Shown here: piece by piece, positions 17,401-29,300 of the stretch
Position numbering within the stretch: position 1 is the first letter of the stretch
Layout of the letters: each line of letters starts with the position of its first letter
Source: a virus
Reading direction: 5' to 3' (one strand)
DNA: 64,000 nt
Virus record (IMG/VR): IMGVR_UViG_3300030117_007673
Location: 1-64,000 of that record
Program-made: the position numbers and the translations under genes
Notes under the pieces: model-generated
What the model was told of the DNA's origin: nothing
What the model saw: only the letters and a program-made list of their open reading frames with translations
Database searches by the model: none

Positions 17401-19526
17401 TATATGATGTCGAAAAAGGAGCGACTACTGCATTTGGCACGTATGTCATAGACTCTAGCAAGCCCATAGCTGTCACGGGTTTTAACGGTCTGCACGCAGA
17501 AACACTAACGGGCAAATCCATAACAGGAGATAGTCCAACAGAGCCGCAACTTTTTGAGTTGATGGTTGATTTTAATTTGTTGCAGAGTTTTGATGATCTT
17601 TTATATAGAGAAGATTTACGTAGAATCTTAACAACAGAAGAAAACACAGCAAGAGCAGATTTATTTGGGTTAATTTTTAGAGACATGCTCAGGACGGTTG
17701 CAGAAAGAATCGACGCTCAGGTCGAATTAGCTCAGCTAGATAATGTGTTTAGGCAGTTAGATTTTTTCAAAGAAACGACAGATTTATACAATTTATCAGA
17801 ACTGAGGGAACAGATAGCTGAAGATTTTAGTTCCGAGGTATCGAAAACTAATTTTGAAAATTCATCTGATGCTCCAACTTTATTTGATTATTTGGTTGAT
17901 TGGCCGACCGCAGGGGCTACTCGAGCAATGATAAAGTTGTTTGCTGTGGAAGTGACTTTAAAATCTATATTGTCAATTGTAATCACCAGGCCCGATCAAC
18001 TTTTAGATTCAGAATTATTTTCAACATATCTTACAGGAACAATAGAAGAAAAAATTTGGGACTTTGCTGGTTCTGTTCTGACTGGAGTCAAAGGGATTAA
18101 TCTCAGAATAAACGAACTACCGCAAGAAGAATTAACAAAGATTATCAAAGATACTGTCAAGGATACATCTGATGCTGTTACTGAAATAATGGGAGATCAA
18201 TTTATAAACTATCGTTTGACCGAGGATGCGGCAACTAAACCTCCAATTGTCAGTTATCCTGAAATATATGATTGGTCAGAAAAAAGATACTCTACAATGC
18301 CTGATGATAAGAAACATAATTCTTATGATATGGTACATGGCCTTGTTGTCAACAAGGGTAAAGGCGACAATATTATGGACTGGAAAATGACTCAGTTTAC
18401 TAACCCAAGATTTTTTGCTTTCGATTATTCCACATATCAAGCCCCCGATATGAAAACATCAGGATTTGTTTTAGAAAAATGTGTCCGATATAAATTGTAT
18501 GATAAAAAAACGATGAGGACTGGGTATTTGTTAAGTAATCTTACTAGTGATGATTCGGTCTGGCAAGCATTAGCAAATGACATTGAAAATCTTTCAATGG
18601 AACTTATAGGTAGAGGGACCACAGTAGATGAAATTTTAGGTCCAAATCGACCTATGATGGAGCTGAGCTACAATGATTTTAACACGAAATGGAATATGGA
18701 ATTATTTAATTCTCATCCTGTATATCAAAATAATTTGAGGAGTTTCTTTGAAGAAATTGAAATTGGTTATAGGCTTTCTTATGTTTTCCCAGAAGACGTC
18801 GCTGGAGAATGGTGGGAGACACCACTAGCTGGTGCCCCGGATAAATTTTGGGACAGATTCAAAGAGTATAATTTGGACAGGCCATCTCTTAGGCCTGCAG
18901 AAAAATTTCGATCCGTGCCATTTATGGATATGAAAATTGATAAAGCTTTCTTTATGAGAGAAGCACCATTAGATTTTGAGAACGAGCCCCTAGCGGATCT
19001 TGAATTTACAAACTGGCCAAAAGTTTTTGTCTTACCGTTTGTGACTGTTGGGGTATCAATCAAGGTAACCAACTCAGACACTATGAAAAAAATAGGAAAT
19101 TATTTTGGCGGCGAACCTGGATGGGAATCAAATGCAGATAGGCTAGGATGGAATAAAATAAAAGAGACATTTGAATATAAAACCTTGTTTAATTTTATAT
19201 TCCCAATTGATAAAATTTTATCACTTATATCCATTAGAAATTCTATTTCTTTTGATTTGGCCATGGCGTCCATAGATGAAGAGTGTTTAGGTACTGGTCA
19301 CTTTTTCTCTTTGACTGAAGAGACAATTATGAACTTAATCAGACAAGCTAATAGATCTAAAGAAATAGAGAATTTGCACGACCTAAGTAAAGGAGACACC
19401 GGAATCCAGCAATATAAAAAAGAACTTAAGTCCGTTATAGATATGGAAAATAAATCTCCATGTAGATCAAAATTTGACCTAATGGGTATTTATAATGATA
19501 ACATTGTTATTCCGGAAGGAGGGTAA
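14445..19526 (+). CDS. Large hypothetical virion-associated protein (1693 aa)
   Basis: Long acidic, mostly helical ORF inside the baseplate operon, with one hydrophobic segment near 16128-16200. Confidence 0.6.
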   Translation: MATIWTKKTPGLPWKDAETGDYLIIAELTPSMAQGSIPGTDIEFHEQIALQNAQDNFYEYYAANLVAVGQGDSIPSADKTFEVVTKNGVKQKHISPRPNGSALYLIRYTGGTGDPKDIPQLPRQSITAFSSSNPGVDTSNILVFDSYNDFAKMMELVAKKLEEYDKQLKEDNPDGMNYSGPALLGYGKFDFLAEAESLRKFYTEIFDLFERNNVPETVPFQMLHSANLISDELLLGQGLERYLIQAIASFEENGNGYVFNGTEYFFGGKTRWRAEFGSEASTLPGREPFTLPRTANFIINLSSIVNIMLSGYGADSIDDINVGPGCSLPPLAAKEEPMPLLSFMENGFVQPKPILLFSLQGDPIKVFDKLAKQNKPVVKKSEKDSIEKFIKEDLLREAVANRTKKADEYVGDFVFESLPSPPNDFRELKTIDDVYAYILNRIDIPTIAQEAMACLGLVLSIEDLLDIACDKLLRAVFGDIKRLEKLIEFMESGDPLLGTAFAAAGLDQLSNVDAGGSIDQLTNDLRNFIAGEIDTGNDVADQFFTEETLGAFDGDIKATKRFICEVLIIGPFVGLAALIALIKRLRQPEKPQPPEIPPFKKCEPGFTIPDNIPILDRLLQYLIDLALEKAEELLMELIIQPLKELLENLFAACRDDDEFEYGTTDLDDFPYDDDVFDAYTDNLPEDFNVNDFLNGLFASLTPNELCSLYKGEATEDLLKFVLDHFKNNTPENSSFSQINTLEKVVIFFIDLGEKTDLSRCDELSEETDRDLDRTLIDLCDDGTGFRERMMAQALMRRGLTIEEIEEQLSQTNEMNKDVAGSLLDLLSAADRAAEIEIDMSDAMKDSIKGPVLKTLEGMFGAVERQFLSEMTLFVPLVSTRKLNLMRFLGLELIESTDPSTNNGLFRDILNDQTGYYHTFALTAKKPILLPYGEGIKKPITDVYTPFTTSAAKGAVSKYEVRFRFLKPGVDDPWTGGAAQSKTSIEIYDVEKGATTAFGTYVIDSSKPIAVTGFNGLHAETLTGKSITGDSPTEPQLFELMVDFNLLQSFDDLLYREDLRRILTTEENTARADLFGLIFRDMLRTVAERIDAQVELAQLDNVFRQLDFFKETTDLYNLSELREQIAEDFSSEVSKTNFENSSDAPTLFDYLVDWPTAGATRAMIKLFAVEVTLKSILSIVITRPDQLLDSELFSTYLTGTIEEKIWDFAGSVLTGVKGINLRINELPQEELTKIIKDTVKDTSDAVTEIMGDQFINYRLTEDAATKPPIVSYPEIYDWSEKRYSTMPDDKKHNSYDMVHGLVVNKGKGDNIMDWKMTQFTNPRFFAFDYSTYQAPDMKTSGFVLEKCVRYKLYDKKTMRTGYLLSNLTSDDSVWQALANDIENLSMELIGRGTTVDEILGPNRPMMELSYNDFNTKWNMELFNSHPVYQNNLRSFFEEIEIGYRLSYVFPEDVAGEWWETPLAGAPDKFWDRFKEYNLDRPSLRPAEKFRSVPFMDMKIDKAFFMREAPLDFENEPLADLEFTNWPKVFVLPFVTVGVSIKVTNSDTMKKIGNYFGGEPGWESNADRLGWNKIKETFEYKTLFNFIFPIDKILSLISIRNSISFDLAMASIDEECLGTGHFFSLTEETIMNLIRQANRSKEIENLHDLSKGDTGIQQYKKELKSVIDMENKSPCRSKFDLMGIYNDNIVIPEGG

Positions 19527-19530
19527 TCGA

Positions 19531-19917
19531 ATGTCAGGTATATCTCCAAAATTACCATTGGGAACTGATGGTAGAGTTTCAAAATTTGCATCAAACATGA
19601 CGTATGTGGAAGCTATCAAACAAAATTTTAAACATTTAATATTGACGATCCCCGGGGAGAAGATGATGGACCCACAATTTGGTGTCGGTTTAATGTCTCT
19701 TTTGTTTGAAAATTACGATGGTCAAACTCTAAGAGATCTCGTTCGTTCCAAGATTCAGGAACAAATTAACACATATATGCCATTCATAAAAATAATCAAT
19801 ATTCAATTTATTGGGCTCGAAGAATCTGTAGAAGCTGATCCGAATGCTTTTCGTATGATTTTAGAATATGAAATCCCTAGTCTTGCCGCAAAAGATTTTC
19901 TAGATATAACTGTATAA
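19531..19917 (+). CDS. Baseplate wedge protein, GPW/gp25 family
   Basis: IKQNFKHLILTIPGEKMMDPQFGVGL..LLFE is the gp25 signature. The aaggagg RBS supports ATG at 19531. Confidence 0.85.
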   Translation: MSGISPKLPLGTDGRVSKFASNMTYVEAIKQNFKHLILTIPGEKMMDPQFGVGLMSLLFENYDGQTLRDLVRSKIQEQINTYMPFIKIINIQFIGLEESVEADPNAFRMILEYEIPSLAAKDFLDITV

Positions 19918-19933
19918 TAATCTAACAAAAGAT

Positions 19934-19941
19934 ACTAATTA
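19934..19941 (+). promoter_or_regulatory. Putative late-promoter motif ACTAATTA
   Basis: Intergenic, about 25 nt before the gp6-like gene. Identical 8-mer at 44291. Confidence 0.5.
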
Positions 19942-19964
19942 TCTAGAAAGGAACCAACTATAAG

Positions 19965-21761
19965 ATGTCAAACAAGAAATCAATCCCAATTAAATATACA
20001 AGCAGAGATTTTGATTCAATTAAAAATGACTTAATCGAGCATGCTAAAAGATATTATGCAGATACATATAAAGACTTTAGTGAAGCTTCCTTTGGTTCTT
20101 TGATGTTGGACACTGTGGCTTATGTAGGTGACATACTTTCTTTTTACTTGGATTATCAAGCAAATGAATCATTTATGGATACCGCAGTTGAGTATAACAA
20201 TGTTTTAAGGCACGCTAAACAGCTTGGTTACAAGTTTAAAAGAAATCAATCAGCCCATGGGATAGTCAGCCTGTATGTCTTGATTCCAGCTAGTGTAGTT
20301 GGCCTAGGCCCGGATAGAGATTTCATGCCGGTGCTTAGGAAAGGTTCAAAATTTCTATCAAGTACAGGAGTTTTATATACTTTGAATGAGAGTGTAGATT
20401 TTGGTTCCGAAAACAACGAGGTTATTGTGGCAAAAGTAGACGCACAAACAGGTCTGCCAACCCACTACGCAGTGAAAGCGTTCGGTCAAGTTATATCTGG
20501 CGAGATTGATAGAGAGATTATTGATATCGGACCATTTCAGAAATTTTTAAAGGTTAGGTTGGATGATAGAAATATCACTGAAATATTATCTGTCACAGAC
20601 TCTGAAGGTCATGATTATTTTGAAGTGGACTTTTTATCTCAAAATGTGGTCTACAGGCCAGTTATTAACAGGAATAAAGACAAAAACAATGCACCAGCAG
20701 TATTAAAGCCCTTTGTTGTTCCGAGAAGATTTACTGTAGAAAACGAACAAAGAACGACATTCCTTCAGTTTGGATATGGTTCTGATAATGAAGTACCAAA
20801 AGATTCTGTTGCAGATCCGAGCAATATTGTATTAGATGTTCACGGAAGAGATCATATACTTGATGAGTCTTTCGATCCTTCTAATTTACTAGCAACAGAT
20901 AAGTTTGGTATTGCACCCTCTAATACTTCGATTGTTGTCACATATAGAACTAATAAATCAACGGATCCCAACGCTTCAGTCGGTACTGTCAACAAAGTTG
21001 TATCTTCAAATTTTCAATTTGATAATAGAGCTAACTTGGATAACGCTAAAGTTAAAGAGGTCACAGACAGTGTTGAGGTATATAATGAAGAGCAAATAAT
21101 TGGTTCCACCTCTACTCCCGATTTGGAGGAGTTGAAACAAGTGGTAAAAAATAGTTTTGCCGCTCAGAACCGCGCTGTTACAAGAGAAGATTATATAAGC
21201 ATGGCCTACTCAATGCCATCTCAGTTTGGCTCAATAAAGAGATTGAATGTGATGCAAGATAAAGATTCTTTTAAAAGAAACTTGAATATGTACGTCGTAT
21301 CGGAAGACAAAAACGGAAAATTGATGACAGCATCTCAAACTCTAAAAGAAAACTTAAAAACTTGGATAAATAGAGGTAAAATGATTAATGACACCATTGA
21401 TTTATTAGATGCTAAAATCATTAATCTTCGTATTGATTTTACAGTCGTTAGCGAGTTGGGCGCAAACAAATATGATGTTTTGAGAGCGGCCACAACTAGA
21501 CTTCAAGGGTATTTTAACAGAGTGTATGAAATTGGAGAACCGATATTGGTAACAGAGTTATATAAAGCCTTGAATGACGTTACGGGAGTTGCAGACACTA
21601 TTGACATTAATATTGAAGATGTGACCGGAGGGTTTTATTCTGATATTGGTTTTAATGTTTTTGACAATCTTTCTCCTGACGGAAGAGTACTTTATATTCC
21701 AGAAGATTCAATTTTTGAAGTTAAATTTGTTACAGAAGATGTCAAGGGGACTATTAAATAA
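19965..21761 (+). CDS. Baseplate wedge subunit, T4 gp6/baseplate J-like
   Basis: YTSRDFDSIK, LLD-like MLDTVAYVGDILSFYLD..ANESF..TA, AKQLGY, LQFG.G and AQNRAVTREDY. Confidence 0.9.
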   Translation: MSNKKSIPIKYTSRDFDSIKNDLIEHAKRYYADTYKDFSEASFGSLMLDTVAYVGDILSFYLDYQANESFMDTAVEYNNVLRHAKQLGYKFKRNQSAHGIVSLYVLIPASVVGLGPDRDFMPVLRKGSKFLSSTGVLYTLNESVDFGSENNEVIVAKVDAQTGLPTHYAVKAFGQVISGEIDREIIDIGPFQKFLKVRLDDRNITEILSVTDSEGHDYFEVDFLSQNVVYRPVINRNKDKNNAPAVLKPFVVPRRFTVENEQRTTFLQFGYGSDNEVPKDSVADPSNIVLDVHGRDHILDESFDPSNLLATDKFGIAPSNTSIVVTYRTNKSTDPNASVGTVNKVVSSNFQFDNRANLDNAKVKEVTDSVEVYNEEQIIGSTSTPDLEELKQVVKNSFAAQNRAVTREDYISMAYSMPSQFGSIKRLNVMQDKDSFKRNLNMYVVSEDKNGKLMTASQTLKENLKTWINRGKMINDTIDLLDAKIINLRIDFTVVSELGANKYDVLRAATTRLQGYFNRVYEIGEPILVTELYKALNDVTGVADTIDINIEDVTGGFYSDIGFNVFDNLSPDGRVLYIPEDSIFEVKFVTEDVKGTIK

Positions 21762-23365
21762 TGGGTATTAAGAGATACACAGCGGACTCCGACACTACTA
21801 TCACTAACGCTTTTGCCTCTAGTTTGCTGGAAAGAAGCAGAGGTACTGGCTCTAACATGGGCGCTTCGGACGTTGTTGAGGTTTTTTCCATTTATGATCA
21901 GGGTCAGCCAGGATATTTAAAATCAATAGATGATCGCGGCGCTCCCTCTTCGGGGTCCGTTGAGCTTACAAGAGCTTTGGTAAAGTTCCCAATCAGCGAC
22001 GTGTCCACAGCGAGAACCAATGGAGACATCCCAGCCAGCGGAAGTGTTAACTTTTATCTTCGAATGTTTAATGCTAAGCATGCTCATACATTACCAAGAG
22101 ACTTTAAATTGGTTATTTCACCAGTCTCACAGTCTTGGGAAGAGGGCACAGGCCTTGATATGGAAGAATATAAAGACAAAACTCACGAAGGCGAAGGCGC
22201 GAATTGGGTCCATAGAAGTTCCAATGCTACTTGGGCAACGAAAGGTGGATCATATCGTACTGATTTTGTGCAAACAGTTACTTTTTCCAGAGGCACTGAA
22301 GATCTAGAGACAGACATTACTCCTCTGGTTGAGAAATGGATTGCTGATAATGATTTTGATAATTATGGAATCGGCATTCGTTTGTCTGCAAGCTATGAGG
22401 GATATTTTTCTAGCTCTACTGGCGTTGATACAGGCTCTATCCTTCACAACGTTCATGGCGCTAAGAAATCATATTATACTAAAAAGTTCTTTGCCAGGGG
22501 AACTGAATTTTATTTCAAAAGGCCTCTCTTAGAGGCTCGTTGGGACTCGTCTAGAAAAGATGATCGAGCTAATTTCTTCTACAGTAGCTCATTAGCCACT
22601 GGTGATGATAATTTGAACACGTTGTATCTGTACAATTATGTAAGAGGTCAGCTGAAGGATATTCCAGGATTTGAAAAAGGTACAGGGAATACATTTTTTG
22701 TTTCTCTTTATTCTGGTTCAAATCCAGATAATAATAGCCCGAGTAATGAAAAGCTGGCGTTAAGTATAGGAGGCAATGTTGCAACCACGGGAGATTTTTC
22801 AGCTTCAGTGGGTCATACAGGAGATACTGGTATTTATTCAGCCTCTCTTGCAATAACTTCTTCAAATTCAATTCCTCAAATTACAAAACTTTTTGATGTC
22901 TGGTACAATGCTTCTGATACCAGCATACAATATCAGACTGGGACAATTACTCCCAAGACGCTTGATTCATCACCTCAAAATCCATCATCAAAATATGTAA
23001 CCAAAATCACGAATTTGAAATCAGTATATCCCAATGAAGAAAATGCAAGATTTAGAGTGCATGTGCGAGAAAAAGATTGGAATCCGACAATTTACAGCAA
23101 AGCCAAAGGGACTGTGCAAAATAACATAATTGATGATGCTTATTATAAGGTTATTAGAATAACAGATAACTTAACAGTTGTCAATTATGGCACTGGAAGT
23201 TCAAATCTGGATTATACAAGATTGTCTTTCGATGTTTCCGGAAATTATTTTGACTTTGATATGTCTATGTTGGAGACAGATTATTCATATGGTATTAAGT
23301 TTGCGTATTATGTCAATGGCTCGTATCGAGAACAGCCAGAGATTTTTAAATTTAGGGTCGAATAA
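21761..23365 (+). CDS. Virion structural protein (beta-rich, possibly DNRLRE-like domain)
   Basis: RALVKF, SQSWEEGTG, ANW, DITPLVEKW, NYGIGI and KRPLLEARW pattern. Coupled to the gp6-like gene. Confidence 0.55.
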   Translation: MGIKRYTADSDTTITNAFASSLLERSRGTGSNMGASDVVEVFSIYDQGQPGYLKSIDDRGAPSSGSVELTRALVKFPISDVSTARTNGDIPASGSVNFYLRMFNAKHAHTLPRDFKLVISPVSQSWEEGTGLDMEEYKDKTHEGEGANWVHRSSNATWATKGGSYRTDFVQTVTFSRGTEDLETDITPLVEKWIADNDFDNYGIGIRLSASYEGYFSSSTGVDTGSILHNVHGAKKSYYTKKFFARGTEFYFKRPLLEARWDSSRKDDRANFFYSSSLATGDDNLNTLYLYNYVRGQLKDIPGFEKGTGNTFFVSLYSGSNPDNNSPSNEKLALSIGGNVATTGDFSASVGHTGDTGIYSASLAITSSNSIPQITKLFDVWYNASDTSIQYQTGTITPKTLDSSPQNPSSKYVTKITNLKSVYPNEENARFRVHVREKDWNPTIYSKAKGTVQNNIIDDAYYKVIRITDNLTVVNYGTGSSNLDYTRLSFDVSGNYFDFDMSMLETDYSYGIKFAYYVNGSYREQPEIFKFRVE

Positions 23366-23367
23366 GT

Positions 23368-26300
23368 ATGAGCATAAAAGATCTATTCAATAAAGAACCA
23401 TGGCCCAGAATTTTATCTTCTGATTCTATAAAAAATGTCGGCAAAGACGTTGAATCAGAGAGATATATTCAGGCTCATATTGTTGATAAAGATCAATTTG
23501 TGCCGTTTGTTGATTTCGAAGAGCCTGAAAATTTTGCAAAATTCGGTCTAGCCTCAGAGTATTACGAACAGTCAATAAAGAGAATCTATCAGACATATCC
23601 ATATGATGGCTCTTTATATGAAAAACTGCTTTGGCATAATAGCTCTTCTTATTTGGACAAGTTTATTTTTGAACACAAATATCCAAAAACCACTGGATAT
23701 GTAAATTTATCTGTAGCCGGCTGGACGAAAACTATATTAGATACGGAAACTGGTTACGGCGCTCCAGCTTCGGCGTCTCATGAATATATTTTATTCAAGG
23801 GAGGTCCGAATACCGGTTCGGCAGGCCTATCTTTACATGAAATGTTCCCATCTAATGATGGTGATGCAAATGTATTCAATGTTGGTCAAAACAGAGAATC
23901 TAATTTAACAATTGACGGTAATGAAGGAAACACAGTTGAATTCTGGCTTCATAAAAGCGCTTTCGATAATAGCAGAACATATAAGGAAGTTATCGTTGAT
24001 GTTATGCATACAGGCACTTCTGCTTCGCCAGTTTCGAAAAATACTTCTGCATATTCTCGCTTGAGGATTGAATTATCAGGTCACAGTCACGGTAGCGCAG
24101 CTAAGTCTCCATTTTATGTAACATATGTTTCTGGAGCCGGCGGATTCGGATGCACAAACATTGGACAAAATATTACAACCTCAAGCATTGCAGATTCTAA
24201 TTGGCATCATTACGCTTTCGTGTTCGAAAATACAGGAAGCAATGTACAGGCAAAATTATACATAGATGGTCGTTGCAATGATTCTATTATATCAGGATCG
24301 ACTGTCGATTATTTAAGTGGTGCTATGGTTGGCACCATCGGCGCGCTAGTTGATTCTCCAAAATATTATGCCGCAGATAACTCGAGTGACACTTCAGAAG
24401 TTTCTATATACAGCGGGAACGCTATTAAGCGTGGCTGGGGTAAACTATCTGCTTCTTTAGATGAATTCAGGTTTTGGAAGGTGGCCAGAACACCACAAGA
24501 AGTGGGACGTCACTGGAGAACACACATCGGTGGAGGCACAAATACAGATTTAGCCAACACGCATTTGGGAGTTTACTATAAATTTAACGAAGGCACCACA
24601 GGTGTAGCCAGTACAGATTCCAAAGTTTTAGATTATTCAGGTAGGGTTACAAACGGAAACTGGATCGGATATCCCGGTTCTAGTGCCCGCCATTCAGGAT
24701 CCGCTGTAACTATTGCAGGTCATGGTCAGGAAGAAAAAGATCCTATCATTTATTCGTCACACACTGATGTTGCTCAACTCTTAGACGACTTGAAAATCAA
24801 GGGTAAAGAGCATGATTACAGAAACAATTCTGCGATTTATAATAGTATACCTCAGTGGATTACGACAGAAGACGAAAACGGCGGCCTGAAAAACCTAACT
24901 CAAATCTTGGCCAGTTATTTTGATACTTTATCATTACAAATTTCAGCTTTACCAAAGATAAAGAACGCTAGCTATGTTTTGGATGGCTACGCCAGTGGAA
25001 GTGTTAGTGGAAGTTCAAAACCTCTACCTTTTGCAGAAAGATTGCTACAAAATTCAGGGTTTTTGACGTCAGAGATATTTGCCGGCGCACCTGTTATATC
25101 TAAAGTTCTATCAAGAGGCGAAGACAAATATTACGAAGAAAAACTTCATGATGTAAAAAACTTAATATACCAGAACATTTACAATAACTTAACTTACATA
25201 TACAAATCAAAGGGTACAGAAAAGTCTTTAAGAAACTTTATTCGTTGTTTTGGTATTGATGATGAATTAATTAAAATTAATGTCTATGGTGACAACACAA
25301 CTTATGATTTTACAGACAATTATAGATATACGGTAACTAAGAAGAAATACGCTAATTTTTTCCATACTAGTAGCATGGACGCTACAGTTTATCAGATGTC
25401 TTCCAGTACAAATGCTGATTCTGTATCTTACATATCTGGTACCTTGGGTACTGCAGAGCTTGAAGGAAAGTTAAGTAGGGGCTTTGCTCACACGATGGAA
25501 GCAGAGGTCATTTTCCCTAAAAAGATTAACAATTTGGAATCGTCCAATTTTTTCAATTCAAGTTTTAACGAAGCATCACTATTTGGTATTCGACAAGCAC
25601 AAGTCGATAAAAACGCTACTCAATACGCACAGGGCGGAAACACGACGTGGAAATCTCCAGATAATGCCAGTATACAAGTATTAGCTGTTAGAGATAAAGA
25701 AAGATCATCTGCAGCTTATTTTAAATTAACCTCAAGTGTTTTCACTCTTAATATTTCTTCATCAACTTTTAATGATGTTTATGATGACCAAAAATGGAAC
25801 TTTGCATTAAAAATATTACCAGGCGGTTCTGGCTCTGCCAATTTAACTAGCGGCAGTATACACAAAGATGCTAAAGTGGAATTAATTGGTGTTCACGCCA
25901 CTTCGGACCAAGTTTATAAAAAATTCAATGTATCAAGCAGCATTAGCACTACGGATTACGAAAAATTTGCAAATTCTGCCAAGAGGGTTTATGTTGGTGC
26001 TTCTAGAACAAATTTTACAGGAGCACTGGAAACTCCTAGTGATGTGAAAGTTTCTTCTGTTAAGTATTGGCTCTATGATGTACCAGGAAGCACAATAGAA
26101 GCGCACGCTCGAGACGCATCTAATTTTGGAATAAATGAACCATATCAGCATGCTTACTTATTTCAAAATGATGTCAAAGGCCAGTATATTCCGAAAATGG
26201 AAACCTTATTGCTTCATTGGGATTTTGAAACAGTAACAGGTTCAGATTCTAATGGGCAGTTTGTCGTTGAGGACGTGTCCTCCGGTTCAATTAAGACCGC

Positions 26301-29300
26301 TTCAGAAAGATATGGATGGTTGGGTCAGATATTAAAGAATCAACACACAGGACGTGGTTACGGATTTACTGCTAACAAGAGAACTGAAGTCATAGACAGG
26401 AACTATCTGCCGTCCGCAAAAAGTAAGTTACCAGAAGTTCTAAACAGTTCGGATATGACGTCTGTTAGGACTCAAGACGATATCAATTTCACAAGAGAGA
26501 CCAGACCGACAACTTACTTTATTTCAATTGAAAAAAGTATGTATCAGACAATTTCTGAAGAAATGATTAATTTCTTTGGAAGCGTAAAAGACTTCAATAC
26601 TTTAATTGGAGCACCTGTCAATAGATACAGGATGTCTTATAAAAGCTTAGACAAACTTAGGAATCTATTTTTTGAAAGAGTTAAGAACACTCCAGATCTT
26701 GAAAGATATGTTGAATTTTACAAATGGGTTGACCATTCTATAGACAGAATGATAGAGCAGTTAATTCCTGCGTCCGCTGCGACATCTGCCGGAATTAGAA
26801 CAATTGTGGAAGATCATATATTATCTAGAAGTAAATATCGTTCAAAAGCTACGGCTATTGAGCAAAAATTTGACGACCCGGAAGGCAGCTTATTTGGACT
26901 TGGCGAATTATCTTATAATTGGAAGTTCGGACATGCTCCAATTAATGATTTTATAGGAACTGGTGGCATCACGTATGATGTTTCTATAAATTACCTCCTT
27001 AATGAAAATTTTGAAGCCGCAGGGGAACAGGCAGGTGCAAGTGGTAGTCTCCCGCTTGGGTGGACTATTGGTGGCCCCACAACTGCTACTCATCCTGCAG
27101 GGTGGAGAACGATAAAGGGTCCAACACCTTCTCACCCTCAAACAGGCCCGACCGGATCATTCGATCAAGATCACTATATGTACGCGGAAACTTCGGCTCC
27201 CAATAATCCAGCAAAGGTCTTTGCATTACAAACTCCGTCAATTAATGAGCGTCAAGACATGGCTTCCGGCTCGAAAGGAGTTGGCGATTTCGGAGCTAGT
27301 TTTTACTACCATATGCATGGTGCAGATATAGGTATATTAAAGGTTCAAGCCATTGAAGTGGGGACGCCTTGGGTTAGTAGTTCTGATGTGCAGGTTGTTT
27401 GGGACGTTGGAGGGGCACATCAAACCTCGTCAAGACAATTGTTGGGACAACAACAGACGCATGCTTCTGCTGATTGGAGAAAGGCTTATATCGATCTAAG
27501 AGAATGGCAAAGCAGAACATTCAAACTTCAATTTCATTATACTGCAGGTGGTACATATCGTGGTGATGTGGCTATCGATTTGGTACAAATATCTGGAACA
27601 AATGACGATATTAGCGCGGAAACAGGAGTAACTAAAACCCCTGTTAGAGGTGACGATAATTGTCTTTGGTGGGATAAGCGAGCCGAAAGAAAGAGCGCAG
27701 CCTTTATAACTAAACATAGCGAATTCAGAGAAACTGTTAGAAGAATTAAGAACACTCAAGTAAGTGGAACAAGCTTTAGTGCTAGACACTTGTCACGACC
27801 ATATAGATTTAATGCTGACTTGCGAAAACCTTACACTCAAGGTGTGAATTTTGAAAACAAGAAGACAGATTTCGTAAAAGCCGCCCTTGCAGAAGTTAGT
27901 AGTTTAACAAGTAGTAATTACCTTTTTGTTAAAATGCTTAAAAATCCTGCGTGCAATGACGTTTATAATCCTAACAAGAAGACAAAAATTGCAACAAAAA
28001 TAACAAATGTGTCAGCAAAAGGGGATCTTCTGCTTCCGTTTGGATTATATGAAACCGACGTTAAAACTGGCTATAACCTATCGATAAAGAACAAATTATC
28101 TGGCAACTTGTCTTGGAATGCTGATGTGGGTGAGATGACTTGGGCCGAACAACCACCAGAACGGGCTAACGTCGATGTCACAAATCTTCACCATGATACA
28201 TATAGTAGCAACGGTGCAACTCTACAAGGTCCGTTTGCTGAAAAATATGTAGGCGGCATGGCCCATCGTCACACAGAATTAAATATTGGTGCTGTAGACA
28301 CCCAAGACAGCAGAGCAGAAGGGTTTTTAGTTGAATTTGCTTCCGGTAGTATTCGAATTGGTTCGCCAATGATCGATCTTAAAAGGCCACGATCACTTGT
28401 TTATAGAGATGAGGTGGCAAAACGGCCTGTCAATATTAAGAATATAAAACAAAAGATCACGCTGGACTCAAACCTTAATACAAAAAACGCTACAAAAATT
28501 GGCAACTACGAAAAAGATTATCAGATTGTGCAAACATCTGGTAGAACGTCGAACAGTAAATGGTTCGCACAAAATAATGGTGCTGTTTCATCTTCTGTTG
28601 CTTCAACGTATATATCAGGCGCTTTCCCAGATATGAAGATACTCAACGGAAGCGGAAGCGTAATTGATTTCGCCTTGCCAAACAGAACCAGACATTCGCA
28701 TGTCTTTGTGGAAAGATTCTCTGCACCTGGAGACCCCGCAACGATGGGGAGAGGCTATTTGGATGTCCTTGGGGAAGAATATTCAGTTTATAATGCGATG
28801 CCTTGGAGAAACTTGACAGTGAGAAATCCGTTGACAAGGTTGTTGTCGCAATCTTGTCCTCAGTTTGGAGGCGAATTCAAATCTGCAGCGATTGCGACTG
28901 TAGCAGTGGCTGATGGCGATGCAGCCAGCGGCATGACCGAGAAAGAACATATCACAATTACTGATACAAGTGGGCTAACAAAAAGATATGTCGTCACCGA
29001 CTCCGACAAAGACGGCTCAACGGCCACTGGCACTGTCTTAAATGATGCTGCCAACACAGACACTGGTGCCGGCACAGCTGGCGCAGCCGAAGATGGCGGA
29101 ATCGCTGTAAGTATTGACTTAACTGGGACTCCCGCTACTCAAAATACATTCTTGGTACAACTTAAAGCTGCAATAGAACACGCCAATGGTCACAATGGTT
29201 CGATCACAGTATCTTCAGTGCCAGGTTCTGCTGATGGCGCTCAACTAATTACGCTAACACAAGCTATCGCAGGTAACAACGGCAATACTGAAATTACCAC

